Source: Leucoraja ocellata (Eukaryota). Taken from it: DNA of 64,000 bases. Shown here in pieces: positions 25,850-38,433 of the stretch; position 1 is the first letter of the stretch, and each line of letters starts with the position of its first letter. The notes beneath the pieces are model-generated. The model saw only the letters and a program-made list of their open reading frames with translations. It was not told the DNA's origin and did not search any database. The translations under genes were made by a program, and so were the position numbers. The stretch is taken from positions 1,364,001-1,428,000 of the forward strand of contig JAWMAR010000421.1 in NCBI GenBank assembly GCA_036785375.1. Reading direction: 5' to 3'.

Positions 25850-26400
25850 GCCGGTCACACACCTTGCTGCACTGCAAACTTATCATTCACCACGCACGCC
25901 CCGCTTTTAACCATCAGACTTGAAGAAACCGGTGCAAAGTACAAGGTTTCAGCTTGGGCGTTTCAGTTGCAGCTCGGAGTTCTTTGCACCCACCCACCAG
26001 ACATACAGACGACCGACCGGCCCGTCGCCCCGCTCACTACCTGAACACGTCCCACCTGCGCGGCGTCCGACACGACCGGAACCCGCTGCCCCACGCAACC
26101 CATCCGTCACTTCCGACTCCCCGCGCATGCGGGCTGGAGACACGTCCCTAGCAACCGCAGGTCGCCTGCAAGCTGTGGCGTTGGCGGCGGCGTTGACCCA
26201 GAGCCGCTTCCAGCGCCGGCACCGACAGCCTAAAGTGAAGCCCACTGTGGCCGAACTGCCGATTGTGGAGTTAATCCGGCCTCACAGTGGTTTTGTCCAT
26301 TGCTTACACCGAATCGAGCACCTTTAACGTTGCAAAGTACCACGAGCCTCAGGTGCCAGAAAGTTCGAAGCTGTGAGTTTCCCGAACCCCGCCTGGTTGC
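25850..26400. promoter_or_regulatory. CpG-island promoter of SNAPC5, with a probable non-coding first exon ending at 26041
   Basis: Sharp CpG/GC enrichment. ETS-CRE composite CGGAAGTGACG (minus, 26105-26115), NRF1-type GCGCATGCG (26123-26131), RFX X-box-like GTCCCTAGCAAC (26144-26155). Minus-strand donor CAG|GTAGTG at 26041/26040. Confidence 0.75.
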
Positions 26401-27096
26401 TGTGAAGTGAAAATTGTAAATAAAAGATCCTGAAGGTCTCGAGCAAAAAAAAACTGCTGGAGGGACTCAAACTGTCTGAATAAGTATCCCGTCCGTCCCA
26501 AAACATCGTCTGTCCATTTCCCTCCACAGATGCTGCCTCACCCGCTTCTCTCCTCCAGCACTTTGTGTTTTGCTCAAGCTTCCAGCATCTGCAGGCTCAT
26601 GTCTCTCTATCCTGAAGGAAGGCAAGTTTCCTGGCTTGAAGAATCGAGAATTAGATGTCACTGGTTAAAAATAAGGTGGTCACCATTTAAGACAGAGATG
26701 AGACTTTTTTTTCCTCTCAGAAAAAGTCATGAGCCTTTGAAACATTGTCATAAAGTGGAGAGGGCGGAGTGTTGGAAAATGTTTAACTTAAGAAGTGAAA
26801 GTGTACCAAAGGTATTCAGGAATATAGAGTTGAGGCTGCAGCTATATTAGTTATGACATTAAATGGTGTTTAAACTAGCGGCTGAATTATACATTCACAT
26901 GCTTTATAATTCCACACCAACCTTTCCACTTAAATTATGTTTTCTAACCCTGCCATATTCCCTTTCTTTCACACATGTATCATAGAAACTAGTTGAAGAT
27001 AATAGTTCCAAGTTCTGTTTACATCTAACTTCCCTGCCATTGTATTCCATTAGTACACAAATGAGCTCATTAATTTACATTCTGTTGGCCCATTTA

Positions 27097-28055
27097 TAAG
27101 TGATAGGAGTAAAATTTAGGCCCATCAAGTCTACTCTGCCATTCAATCATAGCTGATCTATCTCTCCCTCCTTACCCCATTCTCCTGCCTTTTCCCCTTA
27201 ACCTCTGACATCTGTACTAATCAATAATCTATCCATCTCTGCCTTAAAAATATCCACTGGCTTGGCCACAGCCTTCTGTGGCAAATAATTCCACAGATTC
27301 ACCACCCTCTGACTAAATAAATTTCTCCTCATCTCCTTCCTAAAAGAATGTTCTTTAATTCTGAGGCTATGACCTCTAGTCCTAGACTCTCCCACTGGTG
27401 AAAACATCCTCTCTACATCCACTCTGTCCAAACCTTTCATTATTCTGTATATTTCATTCTGGGATCATTCTAGTAAACCTCCTCTGAACCTTCTCCAGAG
27501 CTAGCACATCCTTCCTCAGATATGGTGCCCAAAATTGCTCACAAATTCCAAATGCGGCCTTAGCAGCGCCTTATAGGGCAATTGAAGGAAAGAGTGTTCA
27601 TGTCGCGGCCCTGTTTCCACCAATCTTTCCACCACCACGCACAAGCAGCGACAAGACAGATACCATTGTATGCAGATGCGGAGAAGTGTGTTGAGCTCTG
27701 GCTGAACAACTTCTAATCTTGTGTGTGGACTCAATAAGAAGAGGTTAGAGCTTCAGCATTACATCCCTGTTTTTAAATACAAGCCCTCTTGAAATAAACG
27801 CTAGCATTGAGTTTGCTTTCTTTACTACCGATTCAACTTGCAGATTAACTTTTTGGGAATCCTGCACCAGCACTCGCAAGTCCCTTTGCACCTACGATTT
27901 GCATGTAACGTTCTTAATTCTCACCCCATTTAGAAAATAGTCTACACCTTTATTCCTACTATCAAAATACATGACTCCACACTTTGCTGCACTATATTCC
28001 ATCTGCCACTTCTCTGCCCACTCGCCCAACCTGTCCAAGTCATTCTGCAGTTTTC
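27097..28055 (-). mobile_element. CR1-clade LINE 3' fragment with internal deletions and a foreign insertion
   Basis: MKGLDRVDVERMFSPVGESRTRGHSLRIK...FSQRVVNLWNYLPQKAV and YKALLRPHLE. Same-family copies at 28138-28482 (+) and 28739-29019 (-). Confidence 0.9.
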
Positions 28056-28137
28056 AGAATTCTGTCCTTTTCCGTTCACCTTACTCCTTCGGCTATAAGG
28101 CAATGAATAGTCTATTAGTATTAGCTGTGACACAATC

Positions 28138-29019
28138 ATTCCCAGGAATGAGTGGGTTAACATATGATGAGAGTTTGACAACACTGAGCCTCTACTCGCT
28201 GGAGTTTAGAAAGATGAGGGGACCTCATTGAAACTTACCGAATAGTGAAAGGCCTTGGATAGAGGAAAGGATGTTTCAGGCCAGAAGTCATAGCCTTAGA
28301 ATTAAAGGATGTTCCTTTAGAAGGAAATGAGGAAGAATTTCTTGTCAGAGGGTGGTGAATCTGTGGAACTCATCGCCACAAAAGGCTGTGGAGGCCAAGT
28401 CAATGCTTTTTTTAAGCAGAGATAGGTACATTCATGATTAATAAGGCTGCCTATTTTTGCTCCTATCACATGAACTTATGAGCTATTATTTGGACATGAT
28501 TCCTATGTCCAGAATGCAGATCCATTATACTGATCTTGTGCTGGGAAAAATATTAGTTAGCAAAAACAACAAAATAATAAAATTATAAAAACATACCAGT
28601 TTACTAGCTTCTTGAATGCATTCTGAAAGATTGCAAGACAAAGCCATGATGGCTTGGCCAATGGTAACACATTATGTAATTGGCACCCAGGCAATGAAAC
28701 AATAGTATATTGTGCTGATTAAATGAACACTTTTTCATATGATCATAAGCGATAGGAGTACAATTAGGCCATTCAGCCCATCAAGTTTATTCCGCCATTC
28801 AATTATGGCTGATCTATCTATCCCTCCTAACCCCATTCTCCTGCCTTCTCCCCACAACCTCTGAAACCCGTACTAATCAAGAATCCATCTATCTCTGCCT
28901 TAAATATATCCATGACTTTGCCACCACAGCCTTCTGTGGCAAAGAATTCCACAGATACACCACCCATTGACTAAAGAAATTCCTCCTCATCTCCTTCCTA
29001 AAAGAATGTCCTTTAATTC
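28138..29019. mobile_element. Two further CR1 3' fragments (28138-28482 on +, 28739-29019 on -)
   Basis: PGMSGLTYDESLTTLSLYSLEFRKMRG on the plus strand; the minus-strand copy closely matches 27097-27360. Confidence 0.85.
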
Positions 29020-30724
29020 CTATTTGGACAATATTCCTGGAACATTATCTGAACTTCACAGTCTGCAAGTTATAAACGCATGCCTGATTCAATCATTCTC
29101 TGTAGTTTAGTTCTGAAGGTCTCCAGTGAGGTAGATAGTAGCTCAGGACTGCTCCCTAGTTGTTGATAGGATGATCCAGTTGCCGGATAACAGGAGGGAA
29201 GAAACTGTTCCTGAATCTGGAGGTGTGCGTTTTCACACTTCTGTATCTCTTGTCTGATATCATGTTGATTCTGTCTCTAAAAAGACAAAAATCCCACAGA
29301 TGGTTCAAGAAGCCTCATTATGCTCACATTCTCTGTGGTGGATAGTAATTTGCTACAATTAGATTTGTTTACTTCCTTGAAGATATCACAATGGTGGTGT
29401 TCCCAAGGGCCGTCCTCTTCCCAGAAGAAGATGAGGTGGTGAATTGGTACCAGTTGTCCCTCCATGTCTAGTTTTACAACTTAATCAAGGATATTTTCTT
29501 CTCCTAAGGTCTAGTTTTTCAGTTGGTATAATGCATTTTCAATCTTTTGTCAAGCTAGGGCTGTGGAAAGAATGTACTGTGCAACATCCTTGTCTCCCAG
29601 TAAATTGAGCATGAGTATTTGAAAACGAAGGCTGTACGAGATTTTATCAAGAACAGAGAGGCTGTCAGCCCTCGCTGCCAAGACTATTTTAAAGAAATCC
29701 TCAACATACTTCTTTCAGAACTCTTTGACTCCATGTGATCAGAAGATCAAGAGTAGCAGTTTGAAGCCCAAAACGTTACTTATCCATGTTCTCCTGGGAT
29801 GCTGCCTGACCTGTTGAGTTATTCCAGCATTTTGTATCTATTTAAGAATTTAAGCCCTACATATAGATTGATTGGTGAGTGGTGGACAGTCTGTTTAGAG
29901 TCATAGGGTTATACACCATGGAAATAGCCCTTTGGTCCAACTTATCTATGCTGACCAAGTGTATTCCTGAGCTAACCCCATTTACATGCATTTGGCCCAC
30001 ATCCCTCTAAGCCTTTCCTCTCCATGTACCTGTCTAAATGTCTTTTAAACATTGCAATTGTACTGACCTCAACCACTTCCTCTGGCACTTAATTTTATAT
30101 GTGAACCTTCTTCTGAGTGAGAAAGGGTATGCCTGAATGTATATAGGAGAAACCTGAGGCATGATGCTCTTGATACTTAAGTGGCTGAACATGTAATGCA
30201 GATCCTTTTTAATATGTGACATCTTAATTAGAGTGTGTAAATCTTTTTGAATTAAGATAAATTTACGTGTTTTTCTACATGCATCCCCAGAGAGTTATCG
30301 CAGAGTGGCACAGCAGATAGAACTATTGGAAGAATGTGAAAGCATTGGAGAGGGTCCAGCAAAGATTTATGCCAATGGTTCTTGAAATGATGGATAACAA
30401 TTACAAGGATAGATTAGAGAGGCTGGATATGTGTTCCTTGGAGAAGGGAAACCCTAAAGGATATTTGACAGATGTAATGAATAGTCTAGGCAGAGTTGAT
30501 TGTGAGAGACTGTTTTCTTTGGTGGAGATGTTGAGGACTAGAGGTCATAGGTAAAAATAAAAAAGAATTAAGAACGACATGAGGAAAATTTATTTTACAG
30601 CGTGTGTTTTGAAATTTGCAGATGTGGTGGTAGTGGCTTTAGAGGAATTAGATAAATATATGGTGCAAAAATATCTGCAAGGTGGTGTAGATAGGACTAA
30701 AGGCCGATCTAATAAAAAAAAAAA

Positions 30725-31065
30725 AGTTCTGGGTCAGGCAGCAGCTCTGGAGAACATGGATAGGTGATGTCTCAGGCTGAGATTCATCTTTAGATTGATT
30801 GTAAAAGGAGGGAAAAAGCTGGAAGAGGTGGGGGTGGGAAATGTGACTAGTGGTGGGATCATGTTGAAGGTGGTGGAAGAATGATGTGTTAGATGTGGAG
30901 GCTGGTGAGGAGAAAGGTAAGGATGAGGGGACCTGTATCCTTGTTTTATCAGTGGGAGCAAGATCAGAACTCCAGGACACAGAGATGTGGGTGAGGTTTG
31001 CATCTACGACAACGGGGTGAGGGGGAGGAGGCATGTTTACAGAAGAAAGAGTACATCTCGGATGA
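30725..31065 (-). mobile_element. Penelope-like element fragment
   Basis: Decayed pLTR followed by a segment translating to HHLQHDPTTSHI, typical of the PLE linker upstream of the GIY-YIG domain. Confidence 0.6.
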
Positions 31066-32609
31066 AAAATTGAGATCTAGTGAGTTGCTCTGGTAGTGAG
31101 TTGGCATAGGTCTCAGGATAAGGGGTCAGTAAATGGGCTATTGGATTTTACTCAGATACATAGTACACTCAGGAGAGATTATTAAAGCTTTAGATTCTAA
31201 TTGAATTATAGGTTATGGGAATGGATAGGAAAGCAGAGGGGAGGTCGATAAGCCATCGTCTTATTTCTCTGTTCGTGTTAATTGGCGTTTTTCCTCCTTA
31301 GAAATTTCTCTTGATCTGCTTATTTGAAAATAAAAGAACTTACCTCGTAGCCTGGCGACAGTTACAATCTCTCCTCTTGTATTCATATATTATTTTGGCA
31401 TCTAGTAGCAAAACAAATGCATTGTCTTGTATCCTTAAGATTAACCAGCAGCTTTAACTGGTCAGATAAAAACTTGAAAGCCAGAATTAAGTATCCAATT
31501 AGAATTATCCAACTTTTGTGTTGACTAGAGAGAGGAGACATCTAATTGTTGGAGTATGAACAAGTAGATGAGGATGTTTTGTCTATTTGTGCAGTTCAGA
31601 GTAGAATATGTGATCTCCTTGATTCTCTCATACCCATGTATAAAAACATAATAAAAATAATAATTTCCAAAATAAATACTGGCATAGACCACTTGACTAC
31701 ATTGACCTGTTTTGGAGCTATAAATAATTGGTAGGAGCTTGAAGAGACTTCAGGGTAACTTGCTTCTTCAATAATTGTTGCTAAATAGGCCAATTGTAGG
31801 GATGAAACTGCTGGAGGATTGTCATTAGGATTCATGTTAGCATTAACAGTTCAAAGGCTTTTTCTTTTTTGGCAATCTCTCATAGAGAAATTGAGAGATG
31901 TCTAGTAGGATATGGATTGTGTTGTTTTCACATTTACATACTCCCAGCAAGGAAATACTTTTTTTTAAATTGAACTATGTTTATGTTTTGTAACCACAAT
32001 TTCCGATTGGTACATCAAACATCATTAGACCCCCTTTTAATTGTTGTGTAATTATGGTATATAAATTCAGAATTTAAGCCGTCTAAAAGTTTGTTTATAT
32101 TTGTTAAATTTTAGGTGTCTGACCACTTGTAAACTTGTTCTGAATCAATCCTCAGCAGAGTAGTTTAAAAAAAGATATAGCCCACTATATATGTGTCTTT
32201 TCGTTTATATTTCAGTTATAGGAGCAATTCTCGACATACCCAGAGTAGTTGAACTGTTACTTTTTTTCTACTCTGCCTTTCTAGTGGAGCGTTCTCCCTG
32301 AATCTTTTCACATAATCAATGTTGGTGGCCTGTATTTCAGATGGGATTGATTTTTTGACGTAGGATCATCCTGTTATTCACAATATTGTCATGCTTGTGA
32401 ATGCACTGGATGATGAAATGCTTAATAAAGAATTGATTACCAACTTCCAGCTCTCCTTATCATTTTCCATTTTCCCCTCCTGTCCACATATCAGTTCTGG
32501 CTTAGTGGGTACCACGTTGGTCTCTGTATCAATAGATTTGTAGTTTAAAGACTTGACCATAAAATATAAGGCAACGTTTATGTCCAATATTGATGAGTGC
32601 TGTACCATT

Positions 32610-32905
32610 ATGTTTTAGGTGTTGTAGGTGAAATGTTAACCAGGCCCCATCTGAACGACCCAATGGCCCTATTTTGAAGTTGAGCAGACAGGTTTTCCCC
32701 TTATGCCCTAAACTGTACTTATCCCTATCGTCATCAATAAAAATGCATACCTAGATATTGTCAATAATAATTTGATCTGTGAACATTGCTGTATTGTTTC
32801 CTATATTACAGTAGTGACTATGCTTTGTAAGTACCTAATTTGGTGTAACAATGCTTTAAAATTTCTGAAAGTTGTGAAAAATATTAAAGTGATGAAATTC
32901 TTTCA
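32610..32905 (+). mobile_element. Old Deu-domain SINE (SacSINE1/AmnSINE-like) with an L2-type tail
   Basis: Decayed ttaac.aggcccc...ctattttgaag..gagcag...ttatccct...attacagtagtgacta. Homologous segments at about 2280-2580 (-), 2750-2900 (+), 21010-21250 (-), 37560-37795 (+) and 60645-60810 (-). Confidence 0.6.
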
Positions 32906-33039
32906 GTTTGTTGCAGTTCTGAAGTTTAACACTAAGTACCATGTTGCCTTATTGAAACAAGCCTGTTCTGGAGTGCAAGAATATGCTACTTGGTATACCT
33001 TGAGGATTCACCAAATGTACAGTAACTGTAAGAAGTTTG

Positions 33040-33136
33040 CTATGTCGCTCTTCAAGGGAGATGCTAAATGCATTTCGTTGTCTCTGTACTGTACACTGAC
33101 AATGACAATTAAATTGAATCTGAATCTGAATCTGAA
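33040..33136 (+). repeat. Retroposon tail ending in (TGAATC)n
   Basis: catttcgttgtctctgtactgtacactgacaatgacaattaaat followed by TGAATC x3 plus TGAA. Confidence 0.7.
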
Positions 33137-33822
33137 GAATATAATGAATAATGTGCATAAAATATGGTTCCATATTCACAAATACCCATAATTTCCATCT
33201 GAAACTCTTACCTTGCCATAGAGGCTGTTAAGAATATAGGAACAAAGTATGACCCCACCTTGTAATGTGGCATGACCTTGTTTGCTTACATAGACACATC
33301 CCTTTGAGAACAGCTGCATCATTGTTACTGCTATAACGTTGAGATTTGTAAACTCAGCATTCTGCAGGCAATCATTGTTTCCTTATTTCTTTGTAGTAGC
33401 TCTTATTTACTATGGATTGGAATATTATATAATCTAAGAAGATAAGAGAGCGAAGCAGGAATAGACCATATCACCTAATGCCCACTCTGCCATTTGGTAA
33501 GGTCATAGTGGATCTGTTCATTAGTCTCATCTTCAATTTCCTGCCCAGCCCCAATAACCTGCGAATGCCCGGTGGTCCAAAAATCTCTCCATGAGTTAAC
33601 ATCTGGCCCAATTCCAACCTAGTGAATCACAGTTTCATGTTGAACTAATTCCAGCTTGTTGTGAGTCACTTCGCATTTGTCCTGAAGCAGTGAACTCAGG
33701 ACAAGCAAATGTGTCTTGTTTTTTATCCAGTGATTGAACTAACTTTTGACTCCTTCTATGTAATTCCACAAGAAACTGAACAGAATTTGGTGTATTTTAA
33801 AAGAACAAATTCTACTTGGTAG

Positions 33823-33974
33823 TGTGGCCCTTGTGGCTAAAGGGATCAGCGGGTATGGAGAGAAGGCAGGTACAGCATACTGAGTTGGATGATCAGCCAT
33901 GATCATATTGAATGGCGGTGCAGGCTCGAAGGGCCGAATGGCCAACTCCTGCACCTATTTTCTATGTTTCTATG
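33823..33974 (+). mobile_element. CR1-clade LINE 3' end, young subfamily
   Basis: Near-identical to the distal part of 11260-11484. Related older tails at 18322-18513 and 40677-40843. Confidence 0.9.
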
Positions 33975-34164
33975 AATTGGGTCTGACTGAATTTGTGAAT
34001 ATTAATCTACCTAGTGAGTCTTTACAAACCATTTTAAAGTCCCCAATGCCAATGACATGCAGTAGTCAGGGGGGAAAAGATGCTGTAAATCGTATTTAAT
34101 ACATCAGCATTGGCTGGTGCAAAGGCTTCCCTGGTCAGTGATAATGCAACAACTGTTAGTCTTA

Positions 34165-34728
34165 AGTCATAAGACCATCAAACCAGGATCAGAACTAGGC
34201 CATTCAGTCCATTCAATCATGGCTGATCGATTTTTCCATCTCAAACTCATTCTTCTGCCTTCTCCCCTTAACCTTTAACGTCTTTCCTAATCAAGAATCT
34301 ATCAATCTCTGCCTTAGAAATACCCAATGTCTTGGCCTCCAATGTCTGTGGAAATTCCACTCTATGGCTAAAGAAATTCCTCCTTGTCTCCATTTTAAAG
34401 GAACATCTTTTTATTCTGAGGATGTGTCCTCTGTTTCTAGACTCTCCCATTATTGGAACCGTCCTTTCCACATCCACTAATAGGCCTTTTATTTTCAGGT
34501 AGGTTTCAATGAGATTTGTCCCTCATCCTTCTAAACTCCATTGAATAGAGGCCCAGGGCTTCAAACGCTCCTCATACGTTAACCCAATCATCCTCTGGAT
34601 CCTTTCTCATAAACTTCCTCTGGACACTCTACAAAGCCTTCCTTCCTCATATATGGGGCTCAAAACTGCTCATAATATTCCAAATGTGGCCGCATCAGCC
34701 CCTGAAAAAACCCCAGCATTACATCCTT
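34165..34728 (-). mobile_element. CR1-clade LINE 3' fragment
   Basis: MDVERTVPIMGESRNRGHILRIKRCSFKMETRRNFFSHRV. Confidence 0.85.
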
Positions 34729-35526
34729 AAACAAACGGAAAAAGAACTGCTGGATGAACTCAGTTAGTCAAGTTGCATTTGTGGAGGCAAGGAAATCATC
34801 TACCAGAAATGTTAAGCAGATTCCAGCATCTGCAACCTCTTGAACCCCAGAAGCTAGTTTTAGAATGAAGGCTCAACTCTGCAAATTACTCATTTTTGGA
34901 GAGCAGGCAGGGTGTCAGACATTCATGACAGATTGTTTTTTTTCCTGGAGACTTTGAAAACATAACCATAGTTATGAGGGTCTCTTGGTGGTGATGGTGT
35001 TAGTGATATTTCTGTGCCTGGTTCTTCAGCCATTTTCAGATTCCCTCTGAATCTACTTTGTTGCAAGATAAAGCTGTAAATTAACTGAGAGTTAAAGAAA
35101 TAAAATAAATGTTTTTTTTTAATTATTGAATTACTGATTAGATGCTCACTAAAAGATCACTAATATATAGATCTCTTGAAATCCCTAAATGAAACAAAAA
35201 CATTGACATATTTAATATCATTATAAAATAACATGTACTCCTGTTGATTTCAGTCAGTTTCAGTCTGTAGAGTAATATATGTGTTCAAAAATATTGCTTC
35301 CTGTCCACCACAGGCATAATAATAACTCCAAACACCTCAAGCATTAAATCATCTTGTACCCATAATAAATGTGTGAATATTGTTTCTTGTTAGCATCAGA
35401 ACCATTCAAGCTTGAGGATATTGGCAGATTACAAAATGCCATTTTATTTATATTCAGATGAACACAAATAGGGGCTAAACTTAGTTATTCCACACAAGAT
35501 TTGCAACTCTCTACCCTCCCAACATA

Positions 35527-35564
35527 CCCCCTCCCCCCTCCCCCCTCCCCCCTCCCCCACCCCC
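35527..35564 (-). repeat. (C5-6T)n tract, G-quadruplex-prone on the minus strand
   Basis: Six runs of 5-6 C separated by single bases. Confidence 0.8.
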
Positions 35565-35704
35565 AAATTGAAATTGAGTGGGCCTAGCTATAGTTTGACT
35601 TTCTTGAATTGACTTTCATCAGTAAGGTTATACTTTTCAATATCCCTTAAATCGATGTTGTACTTTAGTCTGCTTTGGTAGTTAACCCTTGCACTCTTTA
35701 AATA

Positions 35705-36146
35705 CAGGAGATGTGCTGAAAGATTGGAGGGTGGCAAATGTTGTGCCTCTGTTCAAGAAGGTTCTGCAGGGGAAATGCTGGGAACTATAGGCCAGCGCGC
35801 TTAACATCTGTAGTTGGAAAGTTACTAGAGAGTATTCTGAGGGATAGGATATACAGGCATTTACTGTAGATGGGCAAGGACTGATTAGGGATAGTCAGCA
35901 TGGTTTTGTACATGGGAGATCATGTCTCACAAATCTGATTGACTTTTTTGAAGACAAGACCAAAAAGGTTGATGAGGGCAGATGGACTTCATATGGACTT
36001 CAGCAAAGCATTCGACAAGGTTCTGCATGGAAGGTCGCTCTGGAAGGTTAGATCGCATGGATCTAAGGAGAAAGCTGAATGGATAGAATATTGGCTACAT
36101 GGAAGAAAGCAGAGGGTGATGGTGGAAGGTTGCTGCTCAGACTGGT
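35705..36146 (+). mobile_element. CR1 reverse transcriptase internal fragment
   Basis: Frameshifted DWRVANVVPLFKK / GNYRP..LTSVVGKLLESILRDRI / SQHGFV..RSCLTNL / DFSKAFDKV motifs. Confidence 0.92.
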
Positions 36147-36580
36147 TGCAAACCTTGCAGGGACCCTCCAAATGACGTTCATCTTGTTGGTGCAGGCCAT
36201 CATTCGCAGATTCCATCTTGGGGAAACTTGCTTATTTATAGATATTAAATGTACAAACTGAGCAAATACATATCACATTATTTACATAATGGCAAACACT
36301 TAGGACAACAGACACAATTAGAGCTGTAGGAAAATTGGCTTTTCCAAAAAGCTTGTCCTTTCTCAAATTTCCCTTGCAAATTTAACATCAGAATGTGTCT
36401 GGATTTGTGGGAATCTTGCCACAGACAAGAATTTAAGGTGGTTTAAATAGAAAAATCCATACATGTTGATGTATTTTGAAACTGCAAACTGCCAAGTAAG
36501 ATTATTATTTCAGTCATCTAACTGAAGCAAATCATAGGTAGATAAAGGGTGTAGGAAGGAACTGTAGACACTGGTTTATA

Positions 36581-36793
36581 CCAAAGATAGGCACAAAATG
36601 CTGTAGTAACTCAGCGGGTCGGGCAGCATCTCTGCAGCAGTGGAATAGGTGACGTTTCAGGTCAGAACAAATTCTTCAGACTGGGTGTGAAGATGTCTGA
36701 AGAAGTGTTCCAACCTGAAATTTCACCTATTCCTTTTCTGCAGAAATGCTGCCTGACCCGCTGAGTTACTCCAGCATTTTGGGCCAACCTTGG
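36581..36793. repeat. Palindromic (head-to-head) pair of pLTR-type units
   Basis: Arms 36581-36681 and 36695-36793 are imperfect reverse complements, each with a CTGAAGA...GAAA motif; 13-nt spacer. Confidence 0.85.
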
Positions 36794-37350
36794 TAGACAA
36801 AGAAGTATTTACTTGTACATATATTTTCTCATTAAACAGAGCCGAATTTAAATTTTCTCGCAAATAATACTTTGAAAGAAACATACTAATACAACCTAGG
36901 TTATATTGTATAATTATGCTCCTAGTGTAAATAATATTTGCTTGAACTTTTCATTTTTAATATGCTTGATATTTTACAATTTTTAACAGAGTAATTGGCT
37001 TGATAGAACAAATCAAAATGCTAACTTTTCCTTAAGCCCACTGACTTAAAGTTGATGAACTTCCTACCTCCAGTAATGCACATTAGCCTTGTTATTATTA
37101 AACAGCAGGATTTATTGTATTAGATTTCAGTGCCTACATGTGCAAAAGAGGGTAGAATTCAGTGGAAGTGTTGGTAAGATATCTATGAACAAGATGACGT
37201 GCTGAAACTATTACATATAAACAAATTGACCATCCTTGATACGGGGTTGATTTTTATTGTTGTATGTGCTGTCTACAGTGATACATAGGTCCAATGGAGA
37301 ATATAATAAAAAGGAATTGGTTGGTTAACTCCAGATTCTGGTTAACATCA

Positions 37351-37500
37351 AAGATAGACATAAAGTGCTGAAATAACCCAGCAGGTCAGGTGGTATCTCT
37401 GAAAAAAATGGATAGGTGACGTTTCAACCCAAAGTGTCACCCATCCATTTTCTCTAGTGTTACTGCCTGACCCACTGAGTTGTTCCAGCATTTTATATCC
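37351..37500. repeat. Palindromic pair of pLTR-type units, centre deleted
   Basis: taaagtgctgaaataacccagcaggtcagg...ggtgac / gtcaccc...cctgacccactgagttgttccagcatttta. Confidence 0.75.
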
Positions 37501-38433
37501 AAAGGAGAATAGCTGTTTTCTACTTCACCTTTGCCTAGATACATTTTTCAGAAAAGGCCTGTCAGATGGATGGCACAATTTTGAAGAAGGTAAGGGTGTA
37601 CTCCTCTCTTCCTGAGCCAATATTATCTCTCAGACAAAGTTACTGAAATACAATATTGTTCTTCAAGGGTGTGTGCTCTGTGCAAAGTGGCTGACCTGTT
37701 TCCTTCACTTATAGCCGTGATTATATTTCAGAAGAACTTCATTGGCTACAAAGGTCTTTGGAATGCCCTGAGCTCTCAAAAATCGAGAATGCAGACATGC
37801 CAAGGGGAATTAAATATAAAATAGGGAGGGTATACTTCAATGTGTATGTATTGTTGTAACCCTATTTGGAGTGCTGCACACAATATTGTTCTCCTTTGGT
37901 AAGGAAGGATGTTAATGCATTTGGATGCAGTTCAGAGGTTTACTAGACTGATAACTGGAATGTGGGTTCAACATTTCTGACAAGGAAATGTTGAACAGTC
38001 CAGATCATATTCTCAGGAGTTTAAAAAAGTGACAGGGGACTTGATTGAAACATAAAATATTCTGAGGACTTTCAACAAGCATGGATCTGAAGAGACTGCT
38101 TCCCTTTATGGAAGCAGATTCCTAATATTTTTAAGCCAGAGGTAGGTCATTTCTTTATTAGGTCTGGGATGGGATGTGAAATGTTATCTCAGGGAAACGG
38201 GAAAGCAGAGTTGAGAATACAATCAGATCGGTCATGATCTTGGTAATTGATTGAGCAGACGAGAGTCAGGTAGCCTAATCCTCCTCTTATTTTGTATATT
38301 CGTAGAAACCTGTTCATTTTTACAAGAAATTAATGAATGTATTTGCCATAAGCATTCAGGGAAATCATTGGCAGAAAAACAAATGTTAACATGTGCCTGC
38401 ATTCTCCAACCTACATATGTGCATTACAATATT

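Noticed and set aside
25496-26327. Long overlapping ORFs (182, 135 and 98 aa) at the SNAPC5 promoter
   Set aside because: They are explained by GC-rich stop-codon depletion and repeat sequence, with no recognisable homology. The ATG at 26128 would be in frame with SNAPC5 after splicing, but it lies inside the NRF1 motif, probably upstream of the TSS.
33212-33224. 13-nt micro-exon-like segment (ttaacag|CCTCTATGGCAAG|gtaaga) on the minus strand
   Set aside because: No host transcript or frame support; such site pairs arise by chance in AT-rich DNA.
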